This document shows positions 1 through 8,568 of a DNA stretch of 64,000 nt, in pieces. The DNA lies in IMG/VR virus record IMGVR_UViG_3300021960_000024; one strand, written 5' to 3'. Under the pieces are notes generated by a model. It ran no database searches. It was not told the origin of the DNA and was given only the letters and a program-made list of their open reading frames with translations. The translations under genes and the position numbers were made by a program. The DNA is from an uncultured virus (IMG/VR IMGVR_UViG_3300021960_000024) (lineage: Duplodnaviria > Heunggongvirae > Uroviricota > Caudoviricetes). How positions within the stretch are numbered: the stretch's first letter is position 1; every line of letters starts with the position of its first letter.

Positions 1-744
1 AAGAACGTATTGTACATCACCCTAGAGATGGCAGAGGAACGCATTGCAGAACGTATTGATGCAAACCTCATGAATGTGTCTATGGAAGACTTGCATAGTT
101 TACCCAAGACAATGTATGATACCAAGATCAATAAAATCATCAAGGAGACGAATGGACAGTTGGTCATCAAGGAATATCCTACTGCATCCGCACATTCCGC
201 ACACTTTAGGGGACTAATCAAGGAACTCGCTATCAAGAAGAGTTTCAAGCCAGATATCATCTTCATAGATTATCTGAATATCTGTGCATCATCACGATTC
301 AAGGGACAAGCAAATGTCAATTCGTACATGTATATCAAGTCGATTGCAGAAGAATTACGAGGACTTGCAGTTGAAACAAACGTCCCTATTATGTCTGCAA
401 CACAAACGACACGCTCTGGGTTCTCCAATTCCGATGTGGGCCTTGAAGATACCAGTGAGAGTTTTGGACTACCGGCTACTGCTGACCTCATGTTTGCACT
501 CATTAGTAACGAAGAACTAGAGGCCGCAAATCAGATTGCGGTGAAACAGTTAAAGAACCGATACAATGATCCGACTATGAACAAACGCTTTGTCATTGGT
601 ATTGATCGTGGAAAGATGCGACTTATGGACCTAGATGAGAGCCAACAGGATGGACTTGCGGATAGTAACCAGACAGAGGAGAAGGATGACTTCGAGTCGC
701 CCACATTTGACAAGACAGAGTTTGGAGAGGGTTGGAAGGTATGA
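1..744 (+). CDS. gp41: T4 gp41-like replicative DNA helicase (DnaB family), C-terminal part, 5'-truncated by the window
   Basis: Motifs YITLEMAEERIAERIDAN, IFIDYLNI, ATQTTRSG, SESFGLPATADLMFAL and KQLKNRYND are characteristic of T4-like gp41. Confidence 0.96.
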   Translation, partial: KNVLYITLEMAEERIAERIDANLMNVSMEDLHSLPKTMYDTKINKIIKETNGQLVIKEYPTASAHSAHFRGLIKELAIKKSFKPDIIFIDYLNICASSRFKGQANVNSYMYIKSIAEELRGLAVETNVPIMSATQTTRSGFSNSDVGLEDTSESFGLPATADLMFALISNEELEAANQIAVKQLKNRYNDPTMNKRFVIGIDRGKMRLMDLDESQQDGLADSNQTEEKDDFESPTFDKTEFGEGWKV

Positions 745-904
745 CCGCATTATGGTATAAATGGTATATTCACCTAAGAGAAGAGGGTTATAGTATAGGC
801 ACTGCACTTGTAGCTGGATGGTGGAATGCAAGTATAAACGCACAATACTGGACAGAAGGTCCAAAGAAATGGGTTGACAATAGGCCAGATAGGTATTATA
901 GAGG

Positions 905-1441
905 ATGAAAATCATTGACGACTATTTGGATCAGGATGATGTCGATGCACTGAATAACCTGCACATAGAGTATGCGAAGGTACACTGGGTGGGTGCTGCA
1001 TCGAACCCCGACACCAATGCACTGACAAAGATGGTGCATTCAACGTATAACTATATAAAAGACCCTGCATTGGGTGCTACAGCGTGGTATAACGTGCGCC
1101 CAGTGGACCCCGTGTGGCACAGTGACATTCTATCCTATTGTGACGAATATCCCATAAATTCACTGCCTGAGAGTACATTCATCTATTATATGAGGTCACC
1201 AGACAGTGGTGGCCACCTTGAGATAGGTGGTCCAGGCCCTGTATCAGATTGGAAATGCACCACAACATTCGAACCAATACCCAATCGACTGATATACTTC
1301 GATGCAACATTGACGCATAGAGTGCAACCATATGAGGGTAATAGAGTATCAATAGGCATAGTATGGTGGAAGATCACACCAGATAGATATGAAGAGCAGA
1401 AAATAGACGAATACAACGTACTAGAGAGGGTATGGAAATGA
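905..1441 (+). CDS. 2OG-Fe(II) oxygenase superfamily protein
   Basis: HxD (WHSD), GGHL, PNRLIYFD, distal His (HRV) and RxS (RVSI) form a complete facial triad plus 2OG-binding Arg. Confidence 0.85.
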   Translation: MKIIDDYLDQDDVDALNNLHIEYAKVHWVGAASNPDTNALTKMVHSTYNYIKDPALGATAWYNVRPVDPVWHSDILSYCDEYPINSLPESTFIYYMRSPDSGGHLEIGGPGPVSDWKCTTTFEPIPNRLIYFDATLTHRVQPYEGNRVSIGIVWWKITPDRYEEQKIDEYNVLERVWK

Positions 1442-1731
1442 GCAGAATTGAACCAAACACATATTCATATGTGACAAAAGACGGATATGAACATATGGCT
1501 GTCATGATGGAAGAAGGTAAGTACAAGGGTGTAGCATGGGGTTATACCAAGATAAATCTACCAAAAACAGAAGATGGCCGTGCAGTTCTATCCTTTGAGT
1601 TCGAAATACTGGATAATGCGAAGCTTGAATTTGAGGACATAGATGAGGAAGAGTTCATGAACCTCATGGGTGATATACTCGCTGATCAGATAGATGAACA
1701 GTTAGAGACAGGCAGGGTGAAGTTTGCGTGA
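1432..1731 (+). CDS. Conserved acidic hypothetical protein of T4-like phages
   Basis: 99 aa ORF overlapping both neighbours. The GKYKGV..Y...LSFEFEI...MGDIL pattern resembles a small protein usually found near gp41 in marine T4-like phages (from recollection). Confidence 0.6.
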   Translation: MEMSRIEPNTYSYVTKDGYEHMAVMMEEGKYKGVAWGYTKINLPKTEDGRAVLSFEFEILDNAKLEFEDIDEEEFMNLMGDILADQIDEQLETGRVKFA

Positions 1732-2261
1732 TGAACCTATTCGATATGAACAGTGATAACATTACCATTAACATAGATGGTAAAGACATAGAGATGAAAC
1801 CAACTATATGCTTCGGTAAGGTATATGACAAGTGGGGGGTGAGCAAGTGTGGTAAGTTATGGAGTATAAGATTTAATAGACACATAAAGGGCGTGGCGTG
1901 TTTTATCAGGAGAAAAGATGGTTCGAAAAATATTACATGTATAAAAACTTTCATGTCGGTGCCAAAGGGATTTTGGGAAGATGGTTCTGGTTTACCTCAG
2001 AGTGGTAATACAATACGCCGCAACATAAAATTGCATAAAATAGTAATGGATACATGGAAACCACTATATGACAATCCACCAGAGGGTATAGTATGGGAAG
2101 AGTGGGAGAAGGTTAGAGATTTGCCTAGTGTGTATAACCATATAAGCAAGACCATTGTAATAGATCACATTGATGATGATCCTACGAATAATCACCTTGA
2201 TAATCTAAGAAGAGTGACCAGTTGGGATAACAATAAAACTAGGAAATCACAGGATATATGA
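1728..2261 (+). CDS. Free-standing HNH homing endonuclease (NUMOD4/HNH_3-like)
   Basis: C-terminal IDHIDDDPTNNHLDNLRRVTSWDN HNH motif, LHKIVMDTW helix, and N-terminal WGVSKCGKLWS (NUMOD4-like). Confidence 0.85.
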   Translation: MMNLFDMNSDNITINIDGKDIEMKPTICFGKVYDKWGVSKCGKLWSIRFNRHIKGVACFIRRKDGSKNITCIKTFMSVPKGFWEDGSGLPQSGNTIRRNIKLHKIVMDTWKPLYDNPPEGIVWEEWEKVRDLPSVYNHISKTIVIDHIDDDPTNNHLDNLRRVTSWDNNKTRKSQDI

Positions 2262-2396
2262 GTGATGCGGATAACATCTCCCAAATAGACCCATAAATAC
2301 CCATATTTCCCCATATATTAAAAAGGTTAAAATAAACATAATATACCGATGTGCAGAGGGGATTAAAGTCTCCCATGTATCGGCTCAATATCAAAG

Positions 2397-2425
2397 AACC
2401 TCAGTGAAATATCTGAGGTTTTTTT
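2397..2425 (+). terminator. Rho-independent terminator
   Basis: AACCTCAG-tgaaatat-CTGAGGTT stem followed by a T-run. Confidence 0.8.
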
Positions 2426-2446
2426 GTATTTAATTGCAGAAAGTCC

Positions 2447-2475
2447 TTGACAACGCCTTGACAATGTGTTACTAT
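2447..2475 (+). promoter_or_regulatory. sigma70-type early promoter
   Basis: TTGACA (2447-2452), 17 bp spacer, TACTAT (2470-2475); RBS AAGGA before the ATG at 2515. Confidence 0.75.
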
Positions 2476-2514
2476 CTGCTTGTAGATGGTTGATAAGACA
2501 TAAAGGACTAACGA

Positions 2515-2733
2515 ATGACTGATATCACTGACATTAACCCCATTGTGAATGTGGGCACTGATAAGAACCCCATGTATGTTCTGGATGCCACTTGGATGAC
2601 TGTGCTGTATGAGAAGATCACTGGTAAGGACTTCAAGGGTGATGACGACTATCTGGAATTCACTGACAGGTTTGTGAAAGAGTATAATGAGGGTGGCTTT
2701 GATACCACTCTGGCCATCAAGAGGATGATGTAA
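2515..2733 (+). CDS. Small hypothetical early protein
   Basis: 72 aa ORF with RBS downstream of a sigma70 promoter. Confidence 0.7.
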   Translation: MTDITDINPIVNVGTDKNPMYVLDATWMTVLYEKITGKDFKGDDDYLEFTDRFVKEYNEGGFDTTLAIKRMM

Positions 2734-2876
2734 TGAATGAACAGGAATATCGTGACATATATGCAGAGTATTGCATGGAGAGTGGTGAGCGTATGACTGA
2801 CAGAGGCTTTCGAGAGTTCAAGGCATGGCGTAAGAGGGTAGAAGAGTTATTTGAGAAACGTGAAGATTCTTCTTGA
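2733..2876 (+). CDS. Small hypothetical early protein (47 aa, MNEQEYRDIY...)
   Basis: Read by hand; TAATG stop/start overlap with the upstream ORF; below the ORF-track length cut-off. Confidence 0.55.
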   Translation: MNEQEYRDIYAEYCMESGERMTDRGFREFKAWRKRVEELFEKREDSS

Positions 2877-2901
2877 CATTACCCGCTGCGTATGGTATAG
2901 T
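2873..2901 (+). promoter_or_regulatory. sigma70-type early promoter (extended -10)
   Basis: TTGACA (2873-2878), 17 bp spacer, TG-G-TATAGT (2896-2901). Confidence 0.85.
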
Positions 2902-2934
2902 TAGATATACTGAGAAAACAACGGAGACTTCGAT

Positions 2935-3126
2935 ATGACTACTCTTGCTGCTAAAGGATATACCACTGATGGCGTTCCTGTCTTCCTGTGGGCGTATGGG
3001 AACTACAAGTATGAGGTAGAGGTGAAGAAGTTGAACTTCACTGAGAGTGAAGTGTTTGATGCCTCTTTTAATGAGGCTGTGAATAAGTTTGAGGACCGTG
3101 CCATTAATGGTGTAGAGTTCTTCTGA
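2935..3126 (+). CDS. Small hypothetical early protein
   Basis: 63 aa ORF with GGAGA RBS directly after a strong promoter. Confidence 0.7.
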   Translation: MTTLAAKGYTTDGVPVFLWAYGNYKYEVEVKKLNFTESEVFDASFNEAVNKFEDRAINGVEFF

Positions 3127-3204
3127 TTGTCTTAGAGAGTGTCCCGAATGGTCTTACGTATACTGCTGAAGTGCTAGGTGGACTGACACTCTCTCTTTTA
3201 TTGA

Positions 3205-3370
3205 GGAGAGTCTGGACGAGTGAATGATATATATCCTGTTGGACTGACTACTGAAGAGCGCTAGAGCTCTGAAGCTGACAGTGGGATGGATGAAGCCAGG
3301 ATCGTTTGTGAGACAATATCAAGGTAGCTCACACTACCTAACAGGGGGTTCGATTCCCCCTCTCTCTACC
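3205..3370 (+). ncRNA. Candidate tRNA-like structured RNA (~165 nt)
   Basis: Canonical T-arm GGGGG-TTCGATT-CCCCC (3344-3360), followed by TCTCTCT-A-CC that pairs with GGAGAG (3205-3210). Several nested internal helices. Region has no ORF. Confidence 0.55.
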
Positions 3371-3460
3371 TCTCATATGACTAAGGGGGGGTTAGAACTG
3401 GAACGCTATACCTAATCTATAAATGCAATAACTTCCCTAAGTAATATTTTCCTGTGAATA

Positions 3461-3510
3461 TTTCCAAGACACCCCCCCTAAAACTGAGAGCATTTTATTT
3501 GCACTTCCCT
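3461..3510 (+). repeat. Dispersed C-tract repeat, copy 1
   Basis: AGACACCCCCCCTAAAACTGAGAGCATTTTATTTGCACTTCCCT; similar to 4191-4240 and 4555-4588. Confidence 0.8.
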
Positions 3511-3521
3511 GCATTATTTTA

Positions 3522-3550
3522 TTGACAAACCTTTCTGAGTATGGTACTGT
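3522..3550 (+). promoter_or_regulatory. sigma70-type early promoter (extended -10)
   Basis: TTGACA (3522-3527), 17 bp spacer, TG-G-TACTGT (3545-3550). Confidence 0.75.
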
Positions 3551-3579
3551 TAGACATAATGAGAAACACGGAGAAAGAC

Positions 3580-3930
3580 ATGACCAAGTTTGTGAACAAG
3601 AACTTCTACTACAACGGCGAATACCTGTTCTATCAGGTGCCTGGCGAAGGGTTTGAGCGTTTCGTTGCTCGGTTCAAATACGGTGGAATGGTTGCATTCA
3701 AGAAGTTCCTTCGTGAGAACTTCACTGTGAATGAGTACTTCGATCTCTTGGAGAACAAGGGTATGGCTCCTCTGAAGGTTCTTGAGACAAAGGGTTATGT
3801 AACTCCCAATATTGCAAAAATCCTCAAGATGCGTGGTTATCCCATGACCCTTGAAGGTATGAACAAAATGATTAAAGATGATATTGCACGGCGAAAAGGC
3901 CTATATGGAACTACTGGTGTAAAGCAATAG
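3580..3930 (+). CDS. Hypothetical early protein
   Basis: Start moved to the ATG at 3580 (GGAGA RBS, downstream of the promoter). FVARFKYGG..AFKKFLRENFTVNEYF..L...APL..LE pattern is phage-like. Confidence 0.75.
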   Translation: MTKFVNKNFYYNGEYLFYQVPGEGFERFVARFKYGGMVAFKKFLRENFTVNEYFDLLENKGMAPLKVLETKGYVTPNIAKILKMRGYPMTLEGMNKMIKDDIARRKGLYGTTGVKQ

Positions 3931-3988
3931 GTGTGAAGGCAGAGAAGTCTGCTGTTGATGCTCTGGATAAGTTAATGGAGACATATGA

Positions 3989-4156
3989 ATGAGTTATGAG
4001 TTCTATGAGAGTGAGTTCCTAAAGAACAAGTTCTTTGAATACAAGGCAGACTTTGCTGCTAAGGGTTGCACTGAGGAAGAGGCAGAGAAGGCAGCTGCTG
4101 AAGCAGTGATTCAGCTTGCTGACGCTCTGGATATTAATGCGGTGATTCTGGTATAA
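3989..4156 (+). CDS. Small hypothetical protein (55 aa, MSYEFYESEF...)
   Basis: Read by hand; GGAGA upstream; protein-like helical composition. Confidence 0.55.
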   Translation: MSYEFYESEFLKNKFFEYKADFAAKGCTEEEAEKAAAEAVIQLADALDINAVILV

Positions 4157-4190
4157 AGATGATTAAGAGTCAAGTATTCGTCTAGATTTA

Positions 4191-4240
4191 TTTCAGACAC
4201 CCCCCCCCTAAACCTCAGCGCACTTCATTTGCACTACCCT
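4191..4240 (+). repeat. Dispersed C-tract repeat, copy 2
   Basis: AGACACCCCCCCCCTAAACCTCAGCGCACTTCATTTGCACTACCCT; aligns with 3461-3510. Confidence 0.8.
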
Positions 4241-4277
4241 ATATAATTATCTACCCCTTATAAGGAGTTTCCCCCCT

Positions 4278-4430
4278 ATGTCAGCTAACATCAACGGTGC
4301 AGATATGCCCACCCTTACAGTATTCAAAATGGAACTACAGAGAATTACCGATATGAACTTGAATATAAACCCAGAGATTACGGACTACATGCAATCTCGT
4401 ATTAAAGCTATAGAGAATAACAATGAATAA
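4278..4430 (+). CDS. Small hypothetical protein (50 aa)
   Basis: AAGGAG RBS at 4262; read by hand. Confidence 0.5.
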   Translation: MSANINGADMPTLTVFKMELQRITDMNLNINPEITDYMQSRIKAIENNNE

Positions 4431-4596
4431 TGAACCATATCGCAGGCCTGACCTAATCGACCTTGACCCTGATAAGAGGGAATGGATGTATGATGGTAAT
4501 GGTAACAGGGTGTACAAGAATAACTACACCAATGCATGGCATACCCCGAATTGGTTTAAAACACCCCCACCCCCAAAACTGAGCGACTCTGATTGA
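4423..4596 (+). CDS. Small hypothetical protein (57 aa, ...REWMYDGNGNRVYK...)
   Basis: Read by hand; overlaps the upstream stop; its 3' end contains the third C-tract copy. Confidence 0.45.
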   Translation: MNNEPYRRPDLIDLDPDKREWMYDGNGNRVYKNNYTNAWHTPNWFKTPPPPKLSDSD

Positions 4597-4705
4597 CTTA
4601 ACCGGACATATTATGGAAGCGATACTAATAGTACTACTAATCGGGTTCTGTGTTTGTTTCTTTGTGAGACATCCACTTATTTCTTTAAAATATATCTTTT
4701 ATACC

Positions 4706-4734
4706 TTGACATTTCTTGCAATAGGGTATATAGT
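4706..4734 (+). promoter_or_regulatory. sigma70-type promoter for uvsX
   Basis: TTGACA (4706-4711), 17 bp spacer, TATAGT (4729-4734). Confidence 0.8.
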
Positions 4735-4773
4735 GGTAGCAATACTATTCTTTTATTTACTAGGAGCGAATAT

Positions 4774-5820
4774 ATGAGTGATTTTCTAAGAGACGTTATC
4801 AAGAATGCTGGTAATGAGTACGCAGCTATCGTGGATGACGGTGTTGAAGCAGGAGATGTTGACAGTTTCATTGATACTGGCTCATATATCTTCAATGGAC
4901 TACTGAGTGGTTCCATATATGGGGGACTTCCCTCGAATAAGATTACTGCGATTGCAGGAGAGAGTGCAACTGGTAAGACGTATTTCCTTATGGGTATCGT
5001 AAAGAACTTTCTGGATGCAGACCCAGACGCTGGTGTCATATACTTCGAAAGTGAAAGTGCGATTACCAAGAACATGGTGGTGGACCGTGGAATTGATCCG
5101 AAACGCATGGTGATCTTTCCTGTCACAACCGTACAGGAGTTTCGTACACAGGCAATTCGAGTGATTGACGACTACATGGCGCAGCCTGAGAGTGACCGTA
5201 AGCCGTTGTTCCTCTGTCTGGACTCTCTGGGTATGTTATCTACCACGAAGGAAGTCGAAGACACCACGGATGGTAAAGAAACCAGAGACATGACCAGAGC
5301 TCAAGTGCTAAAAGCGGCGTTTCGAGTTCTGACGCTGAAACTCGGGCGAGCGAAAGTCCCGATGGTCGTAACTAATCATACTTATGAGAGTATGGGCCTG
5401 TTCTCTACCAAGGAGATGGGTGGTGGTTCTGGTCTGAAGTATGCGGCGAGTAGTATCATCTACCTCAGCAAGAAGAAAGAGAAAGATGGTACAGAGGTTA
5501 TCGGTAATATCATTCATTGTAAGAACCACAAGTCCCGACTCACCAAAGAGAACAAGATGGTGGATGTGCGACTGACTTATGACAGGGGATTGGATCGATA
5601 CTACGGTCTGCTGGAACTGGCAGAGAAGTATGAGATATTTAAGAAGGTATCAACACGGTATGAACTGCCTGACGGGTCAAAGCAGTTTGGTAAAGCGATA
5701 CTCAATGACCCAGAAACCTACTTCACTGAGGATATCATGCACAAGCTGAACCTCGCAGCCGAAACGGAGTTTAAATATGGAGCAGGAAATGACGAAACCG
5801 TTCAAGATAGTGACGACTGA
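4774..5820 (+). CDS. uvsX: UvsX RecA-like recombinase
   Basis: Walker [41 protein letters not shown]. True start is probably the ATG at 4774 (AGGAG RBS) rather than 4654. Confidence 0.96.
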   Translation: MSDFLRDVIKNAGNEYAAIVDDGVEAGDVDSFIDTGSYIFNGLLSGSIYGGLPSNKITAIAGESATGKTYFLMGIVKNFLDADPDAGVIYFESESAITKNMVVDRGIDPKRMVIFPVTTVQEFRTQAIRVIDDYMAQPESDRKPLFLCLDSLGMLSTTKEVEDTTDGKETRDMTRAQVLKAAFRVLTLKLGRAKVPMVVTNHTYESMGLFSTKEMGGGSGLKYAASSIIYLSKKKEKDGTEVIGNIIHCKNHKSRLTKENKMVDVRLTYDRGLDRYYGLLELAEKYEIFKKVSTRYELPDGSKQFGKAILNDPETYFTEDIMHKLNLAAETEFKYGAGNDETVQDSDD

Positions 5821-5980
5821 GTATTTCGAAGAGATTGACTACGACACTACAGGTGCTGACCGTCGAAAGTCAAGGCGAATACGAATGGTGACGACTGAGA
5901 CACGATTGATTGATCGTCATGGAAGGCCAGTGGGTGAAAAGATTGAACCCATTGTAACAACTAAGTTTGAATATCTATAA
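5777..5980 (+). CDS. Hypothetical protein
   Basis: 67 aa ORF overlapping the uvsX 3' end. Confidence 0.5.
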   Translation: MEQEMTKPFKIVTTEYFEEIDYDTTGADRRKSRRIRMVTTETRLIDRHGRPVGEKIEPIVTTKFEYL

Positions 5981-5991
5981 GGAACGAAAAA

Positions 5992-6261
5992 ATGAATATC
6001 GGTGATGAAGTTGTATATAACGGTGACTTTGGTGAAATCCTTACGGGGATTTTGACTGCTGTTGGTTCTGATAAAGACTCGTATGATGACATTAAGTTGA
6101 AGGATGGGGTGTTTATGTACAAATCCAAGAAGCTAAAGAAGTATGTTGAGTTCAAGGAGAAGTCTTTGAACTCTGTCTATATTGAAATTACCAAGGGCAA
6201 TACTGCTGGTCTTGCAAATTTTGATTACATTCTTCCTAATGAGTTGATTGGAACTGTCTAA
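5992..6261 (+). CDS. Hypothetical protein
   Basis: 89 aa ORF with AAGGA RBS. Confidence 0.65.
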   Translation: MNIGDEVVYNGDFGEILTGILTAVGSDKDSYDDIKLKDGVFMYKSKKLKKYVEFKEKSLNSVYIEITKGNTAGLANFDYILPNELIGTV

Positions 6262-6271
6262 ATAACCCACC

Positions 6272-6829
6272 ATGACAATAAGAAAAACAAATCACTGCTA
6301 TGATATGAATAGATGTCTAGTTGAGTGGGAACTCATACAGCTGCGTGTAGGAGATGCACTGTATGACAATGATGAACTTGAAGGCACTGGTATATATGGA
6401 CAAAGGCGACAGACTTGTATACAACGTAGTAACAAGTCTGTTGTTAATCCATATACAGATGGAGCTGGTGAACACCGTGAGAAGAAAGACCGTATCATAA
6501 AGGATCAGTCAGAATATACAGTATTAAATGAAGTTTATGAAGGCACAGTTTTTGCTGACATAATACAGGATGTAAATGGTGAACGTGCTAGGATTATGCA
6601 TATGAATTCTTGCACTGCATATTCCGTACACAAAGACCAAGCGCCTCGTTATCATCTGGCTCTTATAACTAATCCAAATGCTTACTTTATATTTCCTACG
6701 TTGAATGAGATAATGCATATACCCGCTGATGGTTTTCTCTATGAGGTTGATACTACAATTCTCCACAGTTTTGTTAACTGTGGACCTGACAGAACGCATT
6801 TGGTGATCTCAAAAAGGAGTTCATCATGA
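6272..6829 (+). CDS. Aspartyl/asparaginyl beta-hydroxylase-like 2OG-Fe(II) oxygenase
   Basis: RARIM..., HKD (HxD), RYHLALITNP, DTTILHSFVN (distal His), RTHLV. Confidence 0.8.
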   Translation: MTIRKTNHCYDMNRCLVEWELIQLRVGDALYDNDELEGTGIYGQRRQTCIQRSNKSVVNPYTDGAGEHREKKDRIIKDQSEYTVLNEVYEGTVFADIIQDVNGERARIMHMNSCTAYSVHKDQAPRYHLALITNPNAYFIFPTLNEIMHIPADGFLYEVDTTILHSFVNCGPDRTHLVISKRSSS

Positions 6830-7002
6830 TTAAGTACAGAGTCTTTTCAAAAGAAGTAATTGCTGATAACATGGATCAAGAAGAAGCCTTGACTTGTGTT
6901 GAAATATTAAGACAAAACAATCCAGATATCCTTTATGACATAGAGGAATACAACTGGTCGCATGTTGAAAAACGCATGGGGCGTGATCCAGACCTTCACT
7001 AA
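6826..7002 (+). CDS. Small conserved hypothetical protein (58 aa, ends MGRDPDLH)
   Basis: AAGGAG RBS and ATGA overlap; the GRDPDLH ending resembles small proteins of marine T4-like phages. Confidence 0.6.
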   Translation: MIKYRVFSKEVIADNMDQEEALTCVEILRQNNPDILYDIEEYNWSHVEKRMGRDPDLH

Positions 7003-7007
7003 ACTAT

Positions 7008-7015
7008 TATAAATA
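7008..7015 (+). promoter_or_regulatory. T4-type late promoter (gp55 sigma)
   Basis: TATAAATA immediately upstream of gp5. Confidence 0.8.
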
Positions 7016-7020
7016 GTTCC

Positions 7021-8559
7021 ATGCAAGATTTCATGGGTAAAGACGGTTTCAGTTGGTTCGTTGGTGTGGTTGAAGACAGGAACGATCCTGCTCAATTGGG
7101 TAGGGTTCGTGTTCGTGTGCTTGGACGGCACAGTGATGACTTGACTCAGGTTAAGACTATTGACTTACCGTGGGCGCATGTGATGCACCCTGTAACTGAT
7201 CCTTCTATGCAGGGGTTAGGTCACACACCGTCATTTCTAACACAGGGTTCGTGGGTTGTTGGGTTCTTTAGGGACACTGAAGCACAGCAACCTGTTATCA
7301 TGGGTACATTGCCGGGTATTCCAGAAGAAAGTGCTAGTACATCTGAAGGATTTAATGATCCAAGAGGAAAAGGTTCATCCCAAAAAGGATTTCAGTTTGA
7401 ACCAAAATATGGTCCATATCCCGGCACTATAACTCACTCTGGTCATGGTATCGGTGAATCAGATACTAGTCGTTTAGCTAGGGGTAGAGCATCAGAATCA
7501 CATCAGTCTCTTATTTCTCGTAGACTGAGCCGGTTGCGTGGTGATCCTGTCGAGTCTAATGACGAAGATGATAGCAATACGGGTATTCCTACTGCAACCA
7601 AACCAAACATAAAAACTGTCAGCGATGAATTAAAAGAAGATGAAACACGGGGATTCTGGGAAGAGCCACATCCCAAGGGTATTATTGAAGATGCAAACCC
7701 ATATATTTCTGGTGTCTATCCCTACAACCATGTATTTGAATCTGAGTCTGGTCACATTACGGAAGTTGATGATAGCCCCGGCGCAGAAAGAATGTTTCGC
7801 CAGCACATGGCAGGAACATTTGAAGAGATTCACCCTGACGGTTCTGTTGTCACCAAGATTGTCGGTGATAACTACGAGATTGTGATTGGTAGTGAGAACA
7901 TTGTCATCAAGGGTTCTCAGAACATCACAGTTGAGGGTTCAGTAAGAGAGCTCATTAAGGGTGACTACATACAGGAGATTGAAGGAGACTTCGTTCAGAA
8001 GATTCATAAGAACCATCGTGTCAAGGTAGGTGCTGCAAACGATGCACATCCAAAAGGTCCGGGCGGTAATCGTGAAGAAGAGATTATCGGCAATCATTCT
8101 TTCAATATCAACGATGATATCAAAGGTAGAGTCGGTGGTGATTCGGTTGTCACCTTTGAGAAATCTAAAATTCAAATTGTTGGTGGTGGATATGATTTGG
8201 ATGTTACGGGTAAGGAGATGGGTTCAAACGAGGGTGGTGATGGTGTTTTCATATCAACTAATTCTAACTACACCGTGCTTGCAAAGACCAATATATCGCA
8301 GACAACTATATCAGGTATCATGTCTATTAAATCTGGTGACACATTGAACATAAAATCAGCTGCGGATATGACAATCGTGATGGAGAACGCTGTTTCTCCA
8401 TCGAACGGACCGTTGGACGCATTAATGAAAATAGAATCTAAGAATACTTTGAGTCAAATCGTCGGTACGTCATGGACAAGCACCACAGGAACAACATGGT
8501 CGCATACATCTACAGGTATTGCAACAATTGTTGGTTCTGAAATTCAGATGAACCCATAG
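7021..8559 (+). CDS. gp5: Baseplate hub / central spike protein gp5 (no lysozyme domain)
   Basis: OB-fold start WFVGVVEDRNDP..LGRVRVRVLGRH, WVVGFFRD..QQPVIMG, YPYNHVFESESGH, C-terminal beta-helix repeats. Confidence 0.93.
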   Translation: MQDFMGKDGFSWFVGVVEDRNDPAQLGRVRVRVLGRHSDDLTQVKTIDLPWAHVMHPVTDPSMQGLGHTPSFLTQGSWVVGFFRDTEAQQPVIMGTLPGIPEESASTSEGFNDPRGKGSSQKGFQFEPKYGPYPGTITHSGHGIGESDTSRLARGRASESHQSLISRRLSRLRGDPVESNDEDDSNTGIPTATKPNIKTVSDELKEDETRGFWEEPHPKGIIEDANPYISGVYPYNHVFESESGHITEVDDSPGAERMFRQHMAGTFEEIHPDGSVVTKIVGDNYEIVIGSENIVIKGSQNITVEGSVRELIKGDYIQEIEGDFVQKIHKNHRVKVGAANDAHPKGPGGNREEEIIGNHSFNINDDIKGRVGGDSVVTFEKSKIQIVGGGYDLDVTGKEMGSNEGGDGVFISTNSNYTVLAKTNISQTTISGIMSIKSGDTLNIKSAADMTIVMENAVSPSNGPLDALMKIESKNTLSQIVGTSWTSTTGTTWSHTSTGIATIVGSEIQMNP

Positions 8560-8568
8560 GAGACAACG

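Noticed and set aside
874..902. sigma70 promoter upstream of ORF 905
   Set aside because: TTGACA is present, but the 17-bp-spaced -10 (TATAGA) is weak and would place the transcription start at or after the ATG; not supportable.
3205..3370. Standard tRNA or tmRNA
   Set aside because: No canonical D and anticodon arms at tRNA spacing. It is too short for tmRNA and lacks the G3-U70 alanine identity pair and an evident tag ORF. Kept only as a tRNA-like candidate.
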